From Desulfovibrionaceae bacterium (GTDB lineage: Bacteria > Desulfobacterota > Desulfovibrionia > Desulfovibrionales > Desulfovibrionaceae), in NCBI GenBank assembly GCA_016932995.1, contig JAFGBU010000005.1, positions 9,972-73,971 of the forward strand: DNA of 64,000 nt, given 5' to 3'. This document shows, piece by piece, positions 1-8,642 of the stretch. How positions within the stretch are numbered: position 1 is the stretch's first letter; every line of letters begins with the position of its first letter. The notes below the pieces were generated by a model. That model was not told the DNA's origin. It searched no databases and saw only the letters and a list, made by a program, of their open reading frames with translations. The position numbers and the translations under genes were made by a program.

Positions 1-76
1 CAAAGACCAGTCCGGCCAAAAGACCGGCAAGGGCCAAAAATGAGCAGCGGCGTTTCAAGGGCCGAACCTTTCCCCG

Positions 77-1051
77 CTAACCCAGGTGACGGTCCTGCGC
101 GGCCAGGTAGCTTCCCACGTAATCGGACACCGCGTCCTCCAGGGGGGTCATGGCCACGTCGCAGCCGGCCTTGGCCAGCTTGCCCATGTCTGCCTGGGTA
201 AAATATTGATATTTATCCCGAATGGCCTCAGGCATGTCCACGTATTCCAGCCTGGGCTCGACGCCCATGGCCTTGAACACGGCCTTTGCCAAATTATTCC
301 AAGTCCTTGCAATTCCAGTTCCAACATTGAACACCCCGTTGGCCTCGGGGTGCTCCAGGAGCCAGGCCATGACCTCCACGCAGTCCTTGACGTACACGAA
401 GTCGCGCATCTGGCCGCCGTGCGCGTAGTCCGGGCGCCGGGACCTGAACAGCCTGAGCGCGCCGGTCTCGCGGATCTGGTCAAAGGCCTTGCAGACCACG
501 CTCGTCATCTCGCCCTTGTGGTACTCGTTGGGCCCGAAGACGTTGAAGAACTTGAGGCTGGCCAGGCGGTCCAGGACGCCGGCGCGCAGGGCCCAGAGGT
601 CGAAGAGGTGCTTGGAGTAGCCGTACATGTTCATGGGCCTAAGGCCCACGAGGCCCTGGTGGTCGTCGGAGAAGCCCCTGGAGCCGTCGCCGTAGGTCGC
701 CGCGCTGGAGGCGTTGATGAAGCGCAGGTCGTTGTTCAGGGCGAAGCGGCAGAGCATCTGCGAGTAGCGGTAGTTGTTGTCCATGAAGTGGTCGGCGTCG
801 GTCTCGGTGGTCGAGGAGCAGGCGCCCATGTGGATCACGGACTCGGTCTCAAAGGGGTCGTCGCCCTCGACTATGAGCTTGTAGAACTGGTCCTTGTGCA
901 GGTAGTCCTGGTAGCGCAGGTTGACCAGGTTCCTCCACTTCTCGGACGAGGCCAGATCGTCCACGACCAGTATGTCGTCCACCCCCATCCGGTTCAGCTT
1001 CCAGACCATGGCGCTGCCGATGAACCCGGCCCCTCCGGTGACGATGTGCAT
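77..1051 (-). CDS. hldD: ADP-L-glycero-D-manno-heptose 6-epimerase
   Basis: 324-aa ORF. N-terminal GGAGFIGS Rossmann motif. Near end-to-end resemblance to E. coli HldD/RfaD as I recall it (MDNNYRYS, YGYSK, NVFGP..HKG, YFTQAD). Confidence 0.9.
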   Translation of the reverse strand: MHIVTGGAGFIGSAMVWKLNRMGVDDILVVDDLASSEKWRNLVNLRYQDYLHKDQFYKLIVEGDDPFETESVIHMGACSSTTETDADHFMDNNYRYSQMLCRFALNNDLRFINASSAATYGDGSRGFSDDHQGLVGLRPMNMYGYSKHLFDLWALRAGVLDRLASLKFFNVFGPNEYHKGEMTSVVCKAFDQIRETGALRLFRSRRPDYAHGGQMRDFVYVKDCVEVMAWLLEHPEANGVFNVGTGIARTWNNLAKAVFKAMGVEPRLEYVDMPEAIRDKYQYFTQADMGKLAKAGCDVAMTPLEDAVSDYVGSYLAAQDRHLG

Positions 1052-1157
1052 CCTGTCTCTCCTTGGCTTGTGGACCGCGTGCTTCGGCCGCCCGAAACCG
1101 GCCGGGTCAAAGGCCTCAAACGCCCTTTTCTACTTGGTTCCCGGGCCGGACGCAACT

Positions 1158-1210
1158 CCGGGGCCTATGAGGCCCCGGTCCGGGCGGCCGCAGGGACTTG
1201 CGGCCGCCCG
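1158..1210. repeat. Two adjacent GC-rich perfect hairpins in a divergent intergenic region
   Basis: CCGGGGCC-tatga-GGCCCCGG (1158-1178) followed by CGGGCGGCCGC-agggactt-GCGGCCGCCCG (1181-1210). Lies between the divergently oriented hldD and vWA-OmpA genes, so it is not needed as a terminator. Confidence 0.5.
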
Positions 1211-1316
1211 GGTTGCAAGCCGGCGGAATCTAACATAGGCTTTCAATAGTGGACCTTTGCCGAACTCCCGGAAGGCCCGGGCAAAACCCTTTAGGATCAA
1301 GCAAGGAGACCAGCCA

Positions 1317-2363
1317 ATGAACAAAATCAAGCGCTTGGCAACAGCCGCCCTGCTAGGCGGCCTATCGCTCCTGCTCCTGGCCGGCCCGGCCGCGGCCGAG
1401 AAGCTGGTGCCCAAGGTGGACAGCTTCATCCTGTTCGTGGACCACTCCGGGTCCATGAACATGACCCACAAGGAACTGGGCCAGAAAAAGCTCATCATGG
1501 CCAAAAAGACGCTGGCCGCCCTGAACAAGGACATCCCCGAGCTCTCCTACCAGGCGGGCCTGTTCACCTTCGCGCCCTTCGGGGTCGAGCTGGCCATGGG
1601 CCCCTACTCCAAGCCCAAGACGGCCGCGGCCATCGACGGCCTGGAGACGGACTACGACATCTTCGGCCGCAACACGCCCATGGGCCTGGGCCTGCGCGAC
1701 CTGGACCCGGTGCTGGCCGGTCTCGGCGGCGAGATGGCCGTGATCATGGTCACTGACGGCGACTCCAACTACGGCCTGGACCCGGTGGCCGAGGTCAAGG
1801 CCCTGTACGCCAAATACCCGGGCCTGTGCGTGCACATAATCAGCTACGCGGACAACGACCGCGGCCGGATGATCATCGACGAGATCAGGGCCCTTCGCAC
1901 CTGCACCGTGTACACCCTGGGCCAGGACCTGGACCGGCCCGGGAACATGGACAAGTTCGTGCGCGACGTGTTCTACGACCTGGCCCCGGAAGAGGCGCCG
2001 CGGCCCGCGGCCGTGCCCGAGACCGAGGTCATCACCTTCCGGAGCATGAACTTCGGGTTCGACAGGTACCAGATCACCGAGGAGATGGTCCCGGCCCTGG
2101 AGTTCGCCCTGGAGATGCTGAACCAGAGACCAGGGCTTGCCGTGACCATCGAGGGCCACACGGACTTCACCGGCCCCGAGCAGTACAACCAGGGCCTGTC
2201 CGAACGCCGGGCCGCCTCGGTGGCCAAATGGCTGGAGGCCCACGGCGTGGACCGCTGCCGCATGGAGACCATCGGCTACGGCGAGCTCAATCCCAAGTAC
2301 GACAACCACACCCGGGAGGGCCGCAAGCTCAACCGGAGGGTTGAAATCAAGACCAAACAGTAG
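1317..2363 (+). CDS. Secreted vWA-domain / OmpA-like peptidoglycan-binding fusion protein
   Basis: ATG 1317 preceded by AAGGAGA. Signal peptide present. DHSGSM matches the vWA MIDAS DxSxS motif. C-terminal OmpA_C-like module (TIEGHTDFTG, NQGLSERRA, NRRVEIK). Confidence 0.8.
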   Translation: MNKIKRLATAALLGGLSLLLLAGPAAAEKLVPKVDSFILFVDHSGSMNMTHKELGQKKLIMAKKTLAALNKDIPELSYQAGLFTFAPFGVELAMGPYSKPKTAAAIDGLETDYDIFGRNTPMGLGLRDLDPVLAGLGGEMAVIMVTDGDSNYGLDPVAEVKALYAKYPGLCVHIISYADNDRGRMIIDEIRALRTCTVYTLGQDLDRPGNMDKFVRDVFYDLAPEEAPRPAAVPETEVITFRSMNFGFDRYQITEEMVPALEFALEMLNQRPGLAVTIEGHTDFTGPEQYNQGLSERRAASVAKWLEAHGVDRCRMETIGYGELNPKYDNHTREGRKLNRRVEIKTKQ

Positions 2364-2373
2364 TAGGGATCAT

Positions 2374-2415
2374 CCTGACCGGCCGGGAGCGAGGCCCAAA
2401 CCCCGGCCGGTCAGG
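2374..2415 (+). terminator. 14-bp perfect stem-loop after the vWA-OmpA gene (no U-tract)
   Basis: CCTGACCGGCCGGG (2374-2387) pairs with CCCGGCCGGTCAGG (2402-2415), with a 14-nt loop. The stem starts 11 nt after the stop codon. Confidence 0.4.
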
Positions 2416-2426
2416 ACCCTTAGATC

Positions 2427-2927
2427 GTGAAGAGCGCAAAAGCCATCTCCACCGCACTGCTGCTTGCGGCCGTGTGCCTGTGTCCGGCAAGGGCCCAGTG
2501 CCTTGACGTGGCCGCCCTGTCGGCCGCGCCCGGCGCAACGCGGCCCGCTGATTGCCAGGCCGGGCCAGGCGACAGGTTCGACGAGCAGCTGAGCGGCATG
2601 CACGAGCACCTGAGCCGCTTCGCCGCAGGCTGGGTGTGCATGCTGAACAGAAACCTGCTCACCAACCGGGGGCACATGCAGATCAGTCCCAGGCCCGACG
2701 GCTGCTACGCGGCCAGGTACCACGAGATCGACCCCCGGAGCGTGATCTGCCTGGTGCGCCGGACAAGCCTGGCCAAGGTGCCCTTTTTCGGGGTCATCAA
2801 GTACAAGGAAATGGTCTTTGAAAGCGTGGCCGAGAGCGAGGCCGCCTCAAGGCAGGGCGAGTTCCAAGTGGTCAGGATCATCAACAACCAGGAGACCTTC
2901 AACTTCAAGAACGGCTCCTGGAACTGA
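2427..2927 (+). CDS. Hypothetical secreted protein
   Basis: 166-aa ORF with a GTG start and an N-terminal signal peptide (cleavage-like ARA-Q). Several Cys residues. I recognise no domain. Confidence 0.5.
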   Translation: MKSAKAISTALLLAAVCLCPARAQCLDVAALSAAPGATRPADCQAGPGDRFDEQLSGMHEHLSRFAAGWVCMLNRNLLTNRGHMQISPRPDGCYAARYHEIDPRSVICLVRRTSLAKVPFFGVIKYKEMVFESVAESEAASRQGEFQVVRIINNQETFNFKNGSWN

Positions 2928-2946
2928 GCGGCCGAAAAAAACCAAA

Positions 2947-2978
2947 GGCCCGCCGGAGAGTGTCCGGCGGGCCTTTTT
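2947..2978. terminator. Bidirectional rho-independent terminator
   Basis: GGCCCGCCGGA-gagtg-TCCGGCGGGCC flanked by an upstream A-run and a downstream TTTTT. Sits between two convergent genes (2427-2927 on + and roo on -). Confidence 0.75.
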
Positions 2979-2994
2979 ATTTCAAGACAAATGT

Positions 2995-4206
2995 CTAAGC
3001 CTTAGACTCGACCTTTTCGACGATTGCCCGGCCGAGCTCGCGGCCCAGGTCGTAGCACTGCCCGAAGTCCCGGTGCTCGGGCACGTGCCGGACCTTGAGC
3101 CCCGGGCCGACAACGTCCATGCCCATGGACTCCAGCCACTCGGTTATGACCTTGACCGACTCGCCGCTCCAGCCGAACGAGCCGAAGGCCGCGGCCAGCT
3201 TGTTCCGGGGCCGCAGGCCCTTCATGTAGGCGAGCATCCCGGCCACCAGCGGCAGGACGCCGTTGTTGTGGGTCGGCGAGCCCACGGCCACGGCCGCCGC
3301 GGTCATGACCTCGGTCATCACCGCGCTGTGGTGGTTGGCCTTGAGCGACATGACCCTGACCCCGACGCCCCCGTCGGCCAGGCCGTCGGCCAGGGCCAGG
3401 GCCATCTTCTCGGTGCTGCGCCACATGGTGTCAAAGACGATGACCGCCTTTTTCTCCGGCCGCTGAAGCGCGAAATCGCGGTACGCGTCCAGGGCCATGG
3501 CCACGTCCGGGCCCCGGAACATGAGCCCGTGGTCCGGGCAGAGCATGTCCACCCGAAGGCCCAGGTCCCGGACCTGGTCAAGGGTCTTGAGGACCACGGA
3601 CGAAAAGGGCAGCACTATGTTGGCGTAGTACTCGGTCATGGCCCGCTTGAGCGTGGAGGGATCTACCTGGTCCGCGAAACGCTCGCTCGTGGCCCAGTTC
3701 TGGCCGAAGGCGTCGTTGGAGATGAGCAGCTCGTCCTCGGGGATGTAGGTGAACATGCTGTCCGGCCAGTGGAGCATCCTGGTCTCCAGAAAGCGCAGGC
3801 TGCGCCTGCCGATGCTCAGCTCCGAGCCGCTTTGAACCACCTCCACCGGCCAGTCCCGGTAGTGAAAGTGGGCCTTCATGGCCTTCTCGCCCATGGGCGA
3901 GCAGAATATCTTCTCGGGTTTCAAGGCCTCGACCAGGTCCGGCAGGCAGCCCGAGTGGTCCGGCTCCAGGTGGCTGGCCACGATGTAGTCGAGCTTGGCC
4001 TCTCCCAGGGCCTGGGCCAGAGCGCACAAGAACTGGTCCTTGAACTCGGCCTTGACCGTGTCGAAGAGCACGGTCTTCTCGTCCTTGACCAGATAGCTGT
4101 TGTAGGTCGTGCCCAGCGGCGAAAGCGAGTAGCCGTGGAAGTCGCGGCCGGACCAGTCCACCGCCCCGACCCAGAAGACGTCCTTTTTTATTTCCAAGGG
4201 CCTCAT
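2995..4206 (-). CDS. roo: Rubredoxin:oxygen oxidoreductase (class A flavodiiron protein)
   Basis: 403 aa. Metallo-beta-lactamase-like diiron motif HLEPDHSG plus a C-terminal flavodoxin-like domain. Directly downstream of rubredoxin. Confidence 0.9.
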   Translation of the reverse strand: MRPLEIKKDVFWVGAVDWSGRDFHGYSLSPLGTTYNSYLVKDEKTVLFDTVKAEFKDQFLCALAQALGEAKLDYIVASHLEPDHSGCLPDLVEALKPEKIFCSPMGEKAMKAHFHYRDWPVEVVQSGSELSIGRRSLRFLETRMLHWPDSMFTYIPEDELLISNDAFGQNWATSERFADQVDPSTLKRAMTEYYANIVLPFSSVVLKTLDQVRDLGLRVDMLCPDHGLMFRGPDVAMALDAYRDFALQRPEKKAVIVFDTMWRSTEKMALALADGLADGGVGVRVMSLKANHHSAVMTEVMTAAAVAVGSPTHNNGVLPLVAGMLAYMKGLRPRNKLAAAFGSFGWSGESVKVITEWLESMGMDVVGPGLKVRHVPEHRDFGQCYDLGRELGRAIVEKVESKA

Positions 4207-4291
4207 GGCCTCACCCCCCGGATTAGGGCCTCATGCGGGATAACGAGCGCTCCGGCAACACGTTTCGGCCCGGGCAAGCCCGGCCGGGACC

Positions 4292-4453
4292 TCAGGCCTC
4301 GGGGCTGAAGTTGGTCTTGTCCGCCCCGCAGACCGGACAGACCCAGTCGCCGGGCAGGTCCTCGAAACCGGTGCCCGCCGGGACCCCGGAATCCGGATCG
4401 CCCGCCGCGGGGTCGTATATGTAGCCGCATACCTCACAGACGTGCTTTTTCAT
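4292..4453 (-). CDS. rub: Rubredoxin
   Basis: 53 aa from ATG 4453, preceded by a GAGGAG SD. Two CxxC pairs (CEVCG, CPVCG). Confidence 0.9.
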   Translation of the reverse strand: MKKHVCEVCGYIYDPAAGDPDSGVPAGTGFEDLPGDWVCPVCGADKTNFSPEA

Positions 4454-4497
4454 GCTCTCCTCGCTTTGGCGGCCCGGGCCGCGGTTCGCAACGGCCG

Positions 4498-4884
4498 CTA
4501 TCTGCCGGACCACAGGCCGTGGAGGTTGCAGTACTCGCGCGCCGAGAGCTCGCCCTGGGCGCCCTTGACGCAGAACTCGGCCTCAGGGGCCTGGCCCGGC
4601 TTGAGCATCCTGGTGAAGACCTTGTCCCCGACCAAGAGCTCGATCCACTCGATGTGGTGCTTGTCCTCCATGGGATGGGCCACGGACCCGACCTTGACCT
4701 TGACCATGTCCCCGCTGCGCTCGATGACCGGGACGTGTTTCTCCTTGGCCGCGTCCACCGTGTTCTCGACCATCAGGACCATGGGCTTGCCGCAGCAGAC
4801 CAGCTGGCCGGCCCCGGCGTGGACCATGATGACGATGTTGCCGCAGACCTCGCACTTGTAAACCTGACCGATCTTGGTGGCCAT
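4498..4884 (-). CDS. dfx: Desulfoferrodoxin (2Fe superoxide reductase)
   Basis: 128 aa. N-terminal desulforedoxin-like Cys cluster (CEVCGN...VCCG) plus a neelaredoxin-type domain ([20 protein letters not shown]). AAGGAGG SD. Confidence 0.9.
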   Translation of the reverse strand: MATKIGQVYKCEVCGNIVIMVHAGAGQLVCCGKPMVLMVENTVDAAKEKHVPVIERSGDMVKVKVGSVAHPMEDKHHIEWIELLVGDKVFTRMLKPGQAPEAEFCVKGAQGELSAREYCNLHGLWSGR

Positions 4885-5036
4885 GGAAACCTCCTTGCGC
4901 GCCTGGTTTGATCAATCCGCAGGGCCGAACCCACGGGCCGGCCGCCTTCGGCGGCCTCCAGAGGGCCCGTTGCCAAGGCCCTTGGGGGACCTGTCAGGGT
5001 CTTAGCACGCGGCCGGATATTTTGTCACTTGCGCAG

Positions 5037-5459
5037 TCAGTTTTCGGGCCCTGTGCCGGCGTCGGCCTGGGCGAGCCTGCATTTGGGGCAAAGGCCCACG
5101 AACTCGACGTTGCAGCCCCGGACATCGTATCCCAGGTCCTCGCCCGGCGGCAGGCCCGGGACCTCCAGGGGGTAGTGGATGTCGTCGATCCTGGAGCACT
5201 TGAGGCAACGGATGTGGGGATGCGGGGCCAGGTTGCCGTCGAAGCGCTTCTGGGCCCCGGCCGGGCCGAGCTTGCGGATCAGGCCCTGGGAGCAGAGAAA
5301 CTCCAGGTTTCTATACACGGTGCCCAGGCTGATCCTGGGGATTATCCTGCGGACCATGTCGAAGACCTCGTCGGCCGTGGGGTGACTGGTGACCTTTCTG
5401 AGCTCCTGAAGAATGACCTTGCGTTGTCTGGAGAGACGAAAACCCGGAGCAGCGTGCAT
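5037..5459 (-). CDS. Fur-family transcriptional regulator (PerR-like by genomic context)
   Basis: 140 aa. Winged-helix N-terminus (LGTVYRNL) and two CxxC pairs (CLKC, CPKC). Immediately upstream of dfx-rub-roo on the same strand. Confidence 0.8.
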   Translation of the reverse strand: MHAAPGFRLSRQRKVILQELRKVTSHPTADEVFDMVRRIIPRISLGTVYRNLEFLCSQGLIRKLGPAGAQKRFDGNLAPHPHIRCLKCSRIDDIHYPLEVPGLPPGEDLGYDVRGCNVEFVGLCPKCRLAQADAGTGPEN

Positions 5460-5471
5460 GATTTTTTCCTC

Positions 5472-5492
5472 TACTAATAATAATTAATACTA
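5472..5492 (-). promoter_or_regulatory. AT-rich imperfect palindrome upstream of the Fur-family gene (candidate Fur/PerR-type operator)
   Basis: TACTAATAATAATTAATACTA is self-complementary at 16 of 21 positions. It sits 13-33 nt upstream of the ATG in an otherwise GC-rich genome. Confidence 0.3.
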
Positions 5493-5818
5493 TCCTTGCC
5501 CCTGATGTCGAGCTCCCAAAGGGGTGTCCGGAAAAAACACGCCTGGCGCGGACAATCGAACGGCAAGGGAATACGGAAGGGGAAGGCCGATGCAAAGGCC
5601 GTTTTCGTCCCGCCGTGCTCAAGGCTCGGGACGGGCCGGCGGGCCGGGTTGGTGGTGCATAGCTCATGGCCCCGGACCGGCCCGGAAACGGGTCCGCCCG
5701 CCAGGGGCGGTCGCCCGGCCCGGGCGCACGGCCGGTCCGGCCTGTTGGCTGGGCACAGGCCCTGTTCAGCGTCTCGATGCCTCCCCCCTAGAACGTGACG
5801 CCGCCCTATAATACGGCT

Positions 5819-5858
5819 TTTTCCCAGATCCGGGCGGTTCGACCCGGATCTGGGAAAA
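5819..5858 (-). terminator. Strong 16-bp stem-loop downstream of the chemoreceptor gene
   Basis: TTTTCCCAGATCCGGG-cggttcga-CCCGGATCTGGGAAAA, about 55 nt past the dcrA-like stop. No trailing U-tract beyond the stem, so terminator function is inferred only. Confidence 0.4.
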
Positions 5859-5913
5859 CCGATTTTCATGGACCAACGGTTCCGCCCCCACAAGGGCGGG
5901 CAATTTCCCCTGG

Positions 5914-7923
5914 CTAATTCCTGAACTTGGCAACCAACGCGGACAGGTTCTGCGACATCTCGGCCACTTCCCGGATGCTCATGTTGGCCTTCTGTATGCC
6001 CCTGGAGACCTCTTGGGACATCTCGTTTATCTTGGTCACGTTGTCGTTGATCTCCTCGCTGGTCGAGGACTGCTCCTCGGCCGCGGTGGCGATGCCGCTG
6101 ACCATTCCGGCGATGACCTCGGACTGGTTGACTATCTCGTCAAGGACATTGCCGGCCTCCCGGGCCATGCCCGAGGTCTTGACCACCCGGTCCCTGGCCT
6201 CGCCCATCTCCCGGACCACGTCGGTGGTGCTTTCCTGGATCAGGGCTATGGCCCCCTCGACCTCCTTGGTGGCCTGCATGGTCTTCTCGGCCAGCTTGCG
6301 CACCTCGTCGGCCACGACCGCGAAACCGCGGCCGGCCTCGCCTGCGCGCGCGGCCTCGATGGCCGCGTTCAGGGCCAAGAGGTTGGTCTGGTCGGCGATG
6401 TCGTTGATCACCGCCATGACCTGGCCGATGTTCTGGGCCCGCTCGGCCAGCTCGTTGAGCGCCCCGGCCAGGGTCTCGGTGGTCACGGCCACCTCGTTGA
6501 TCTCGCCGACCGTGGTCTGGACCACCTTGCCGCCCTCCCTGGCCACCTGGCTGGAGCGGTTGGAGGCCTCGGCCGTCTCCCCGGCGTTCTTGGCCACCTC
6601 GAGCACCGTGGAGTTCATCTCCTCCATGGCCGTGGCCACCTGGCTGGTCTGGTCGGCCGTGGTGTCCACGCCGCTGGTCAGGGTGTTCATCTGCTCGGAC
6701 AGCGAATCAGAGGCCTCCTTGAGCTTCATGGCCATTTCCGTGACCTCGTTGGCCACCTTCAGGAGATTGTTCTGCTGGATCTCTATGGCCTTCCTGTCCG
6801 CCTCCTCGCGGGTCTGGTCTATGAGCACCTCGATGGCCCCGACCACCTGGCCGCGGGCGTTCTTGAGCGGAGAGAGCTCGTACTTGAGCGGGAACTCGAC
6901 CCCGTCGGTCCTGTGGTAGCGCACGTCCCCGGCCAGGCTCTGGCCGGACTGCATGACCTTGACCGTCCTGCCGGTGCCCTGCTTGCCGGTCAGGACCTTG
7001 GTCACGCCCTCGCCCAGGACCTCTTCGTCCGGCTTGCCGAGTATCTTGCGCAACGGGTCGTTGAAGTAGCATATCTTGCCGTTTTCATCGGTGACCATTA
7101 TGGGCACGACTATGCCGTCGAGCACGCTCTGGTTGTACTGGAGCTGGTCCTTGATCTGCTGGACCATCTCGCCCAAGTGGTCGCCGAGATTTCCGATCTC
7201 GTCCTGGCCCGAGACCGCGAACTTGGTCTCCAGGTCGCCCTTGGCCACCTGCTCGGCGCTTGCGGCGATGGACTTGACCCTGCTGACCACGGACTTGCGC
7301 ATGAACAGGATCAGGGCCAGGATCAGGGCCAGGGTCCCGGCCAGGGAGAGCAGCGCTCCGTTGACCTGGATGTCCTTGAGGGCCTTCATCTGGCGGGTCA
7401 GGTCCTGGGTCATGAGCATGGACCCCAGGATGGCCTTGGACTTGCCGTGGCAGTGGTGGCACTGGGGCTCGTTCTTGATGCTCTTGACCTGGACGAAAAA
7501 GGGCGTGCCCGCTATCTCGCTCAACTGGCCGGACTGGATGGGCGACTTGATCCCCTGGCTCACGAGGTCCCTGCAGGTCTGGTCCAGGCAGACGTCAAAG
7601 GCGCTCTTGCGCAGGTTGGCCTTGTCCGTGGAGTAGGTGACCTCGCCCCTGAAGTCGGTCAGCAGGACCTGCACGTCCTGGTAGCGCTTGGAGATGGCCT
7701 CGAACTTGTCCATGGTCCCGGCGTTGTCGCCCAGGGACATGGGCTCCTCGATGGCCATCTCGATCATGTCCGAGATGCGCTCCGAGGTGTTGTGGACCTC
7801 GTCGAGCATGAGCGTGCGCTGGGCCGCCGAGTTGGCCCAGAAGAGTCCGGCAAAGGCGGCCACCGTGAGCATGGTGGTCAGGATAACGACCTTGGCCCCC
7901 AGAGATCTGCGAATCAACTGCAT
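5914..7923 (-). CDS. dcrA: Methyl-accepting chemotaxis protein with a periplasmic c-type heme site (DcrA-like)
   Basis: 669 aa. N-terminal TM helix, periplasmic domain containing CHHCH, second TM helix, HAMP, PAS-like region and a C-terminal MCP signalling domain ([32 protein letters not shown]). Same architecture as D. vulgaris DcrA. Confidence 0.8.
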   Translation of the reverse strand: MQLIRRSLGAKVVILTTMLTVAAFAGLFWANSAAQRTLMLDEVHNTSERISDMIEMAIEEPMSLGDNAGTMDKFEAISKRYQDVQVLLTDFRGEVTYSTDKANLRKSAFDVCLDQTCRDLVSQGIKSPIQSGQLSEIAGTPFFVQVKSIKNEPQCHHCHGKSKAILGSMLMTQDLTRQMKALKDIQVNGALLSLAGTLALILALILFMRKSVVSRVKSIAASAEQVAKGDLETKFAVSGQDEIGNLGDHLGEMVQQIKDQLQYNQSVLDGIVVPIMVTDENGKICYFNDPLRKILGKPDEEVLGEGVTKVLTGKQGTGRTVKVMQSGQSLAGDVRYHRTDGVEFPLKYELSPLKNARGQVVGAIEVLIDQTREEADRKAIEIQQNNLLKVANEVTEMAMKLKEASDSLSEQMNTLTSGVDTTADQTSQVATAMEEMNSTVLEVAKNAGETAEASNRSSQVAREGGKVVQTTVGEINEVAVTTETLAGALNELAERAQNIGQVMAVINDIADQTNLLALNAAIEAARAGEAGRGFAVVADEVRKLAEKTMQATKEVEGAIALIQESTTDVVREMGEARDRVVKTSGMAREAGNVLDEIVNQSEVIAGMVSGIATAAEEQSSTSEEINDNVTKINEMSQEVSRGIQKANMSIREVAEMSQNLSALVAKFRN

Positions 7924-7935
7924 GATGCCCCTCCC

Positions 7936-8415
7936 CTAGTGGGCCCCGCCGTAAAGCATGGGCTTGAAGTCGAAGCTCGCCACCCGCTCCGGGTTGTGGC
8001 AGGTCTCGCACTCCTTGATGTCCAGCTTGCCCTTGATCTGCTCCGGGTCGCCCCCGGCCTCCACATGGTCGGCCCCGGGCCCGTGGCAGACCTCGCAACC
8101 CGCGTTGCCCATGTCCGGGGTCTTTTCGAAGCTCACGAAGCCGCCGGGCTGGCCGTAGCCCGTGGCGTGGCAGTGAAAGCACTCCTTGAGCTCGTCTTCG
8201 GTCAGATCCTTGGCCATCTGGCTGACGCTCCTGCCCGAGTGGGCCTTCTTCGAGAACTTGCTGTAGTTGGAAAATTCCTTCTCGTGGCAGTCCTTGCAGG
8301 CCTTGGAGCCCACATACCTGCCGCTGCCCGCCCCCACGCCGGCCGCGAGCGCAAGGCCCAGGACCAGCGACGCGGCAGCCGCCGCAACGATCTTCAACCT
8401 GTGTGCAGACTTCAT
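7936..8415 (-). CDS. Periplasmic tetraheme c-type cytochrome
   Basis: 159 aa. Signal peptide and four CxxCH motifs (CKDCH, CFHCH, CEVCH, CETCH). Its stop is 12 nt before the dcrA-like start. Confidence 0.8.
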   Translation of the reverse strand: MKSAHRLKIVAAAAASLVLGLALAAGVGAGSGRYVGSKACKDCHEKEFSNYSKFSKKAHSGRSVSQMAKDLTEDELKECFHCHATGYGQPGGFVSFEKTPDMGNAGCEVCHGPGADHVEAGGDPEQIKGKLDIKECETCHNPERVASFDFKPMLYGGAH

Positions 8416-8507
8416 ACGCCCCCCCGGAAAATATCGCCCCTGGTCAAAACCCTTTTGCCCGGCCCGCGATCCGGCTGATCAAAAACAACGATTTAACAAT
8501 TTGGGGC

Positions 8508-8536
8508 AACATATAATGTTTCTCAACGTGTGTAAA
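8508..8536 (-). promoter_or_regulatory. Candidate sigma70 promoter for the cytochrome c/dcrA operon
   Basis: On the minus strand, TTTACA-N17-TATGTT inside an unusually AT-rich island (about 8480-8600). About 90 nt upstream of the cytochrome ATG. Confidence 0.3.
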
Positions 8537-8642
8537 GCTCATTGACTTTTTTATTATGTTTGATAGGTGCATAGTGGGGTGTTCTGTATAAAATTCCACC
8601 CCCTCCCCCGGCCAAATCGAAAAGGCCCCTGCCCGAGCGCAA

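Noticed and set aside
4908-4915. TTGATCAA palindrome 24 nt upstream of the dfx start, considered as a PerR operator.
   Set aside because: An 8-bp palindrome is short and unlike the AT-rich imperfect palindrome upstream of the regulator gene itself. There is no second copy to support a motif.
5835-5842. GGTTCGA in the loop of the 5819-5858 hairpin looked like a tRNA T-loop.
   Set aside because: The stem is 12-16 bp rather than 5 bp, and there are no acceptor, D or anticodon arms nearby. It is not a tRNA or a tRNA fragment I can support.
6013-8478. Very long ORFs antisense to or overlapping real genes. Examples are 6013-8478 (+), 20472-22952 (-), 22216-23868 (-), the first ~2.8 kb of 30489-34580 (+), 27605-29857 (+) and 57411-59312 (-).
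   Set aside because: Their translations are monotonous Arg/Gly/Pro/Ala/His/Asp-rich strings with no family features. They sit opposite or out of frame to genes with clear homology. These are typical stop-poor shadow frames of high-GC DNA.
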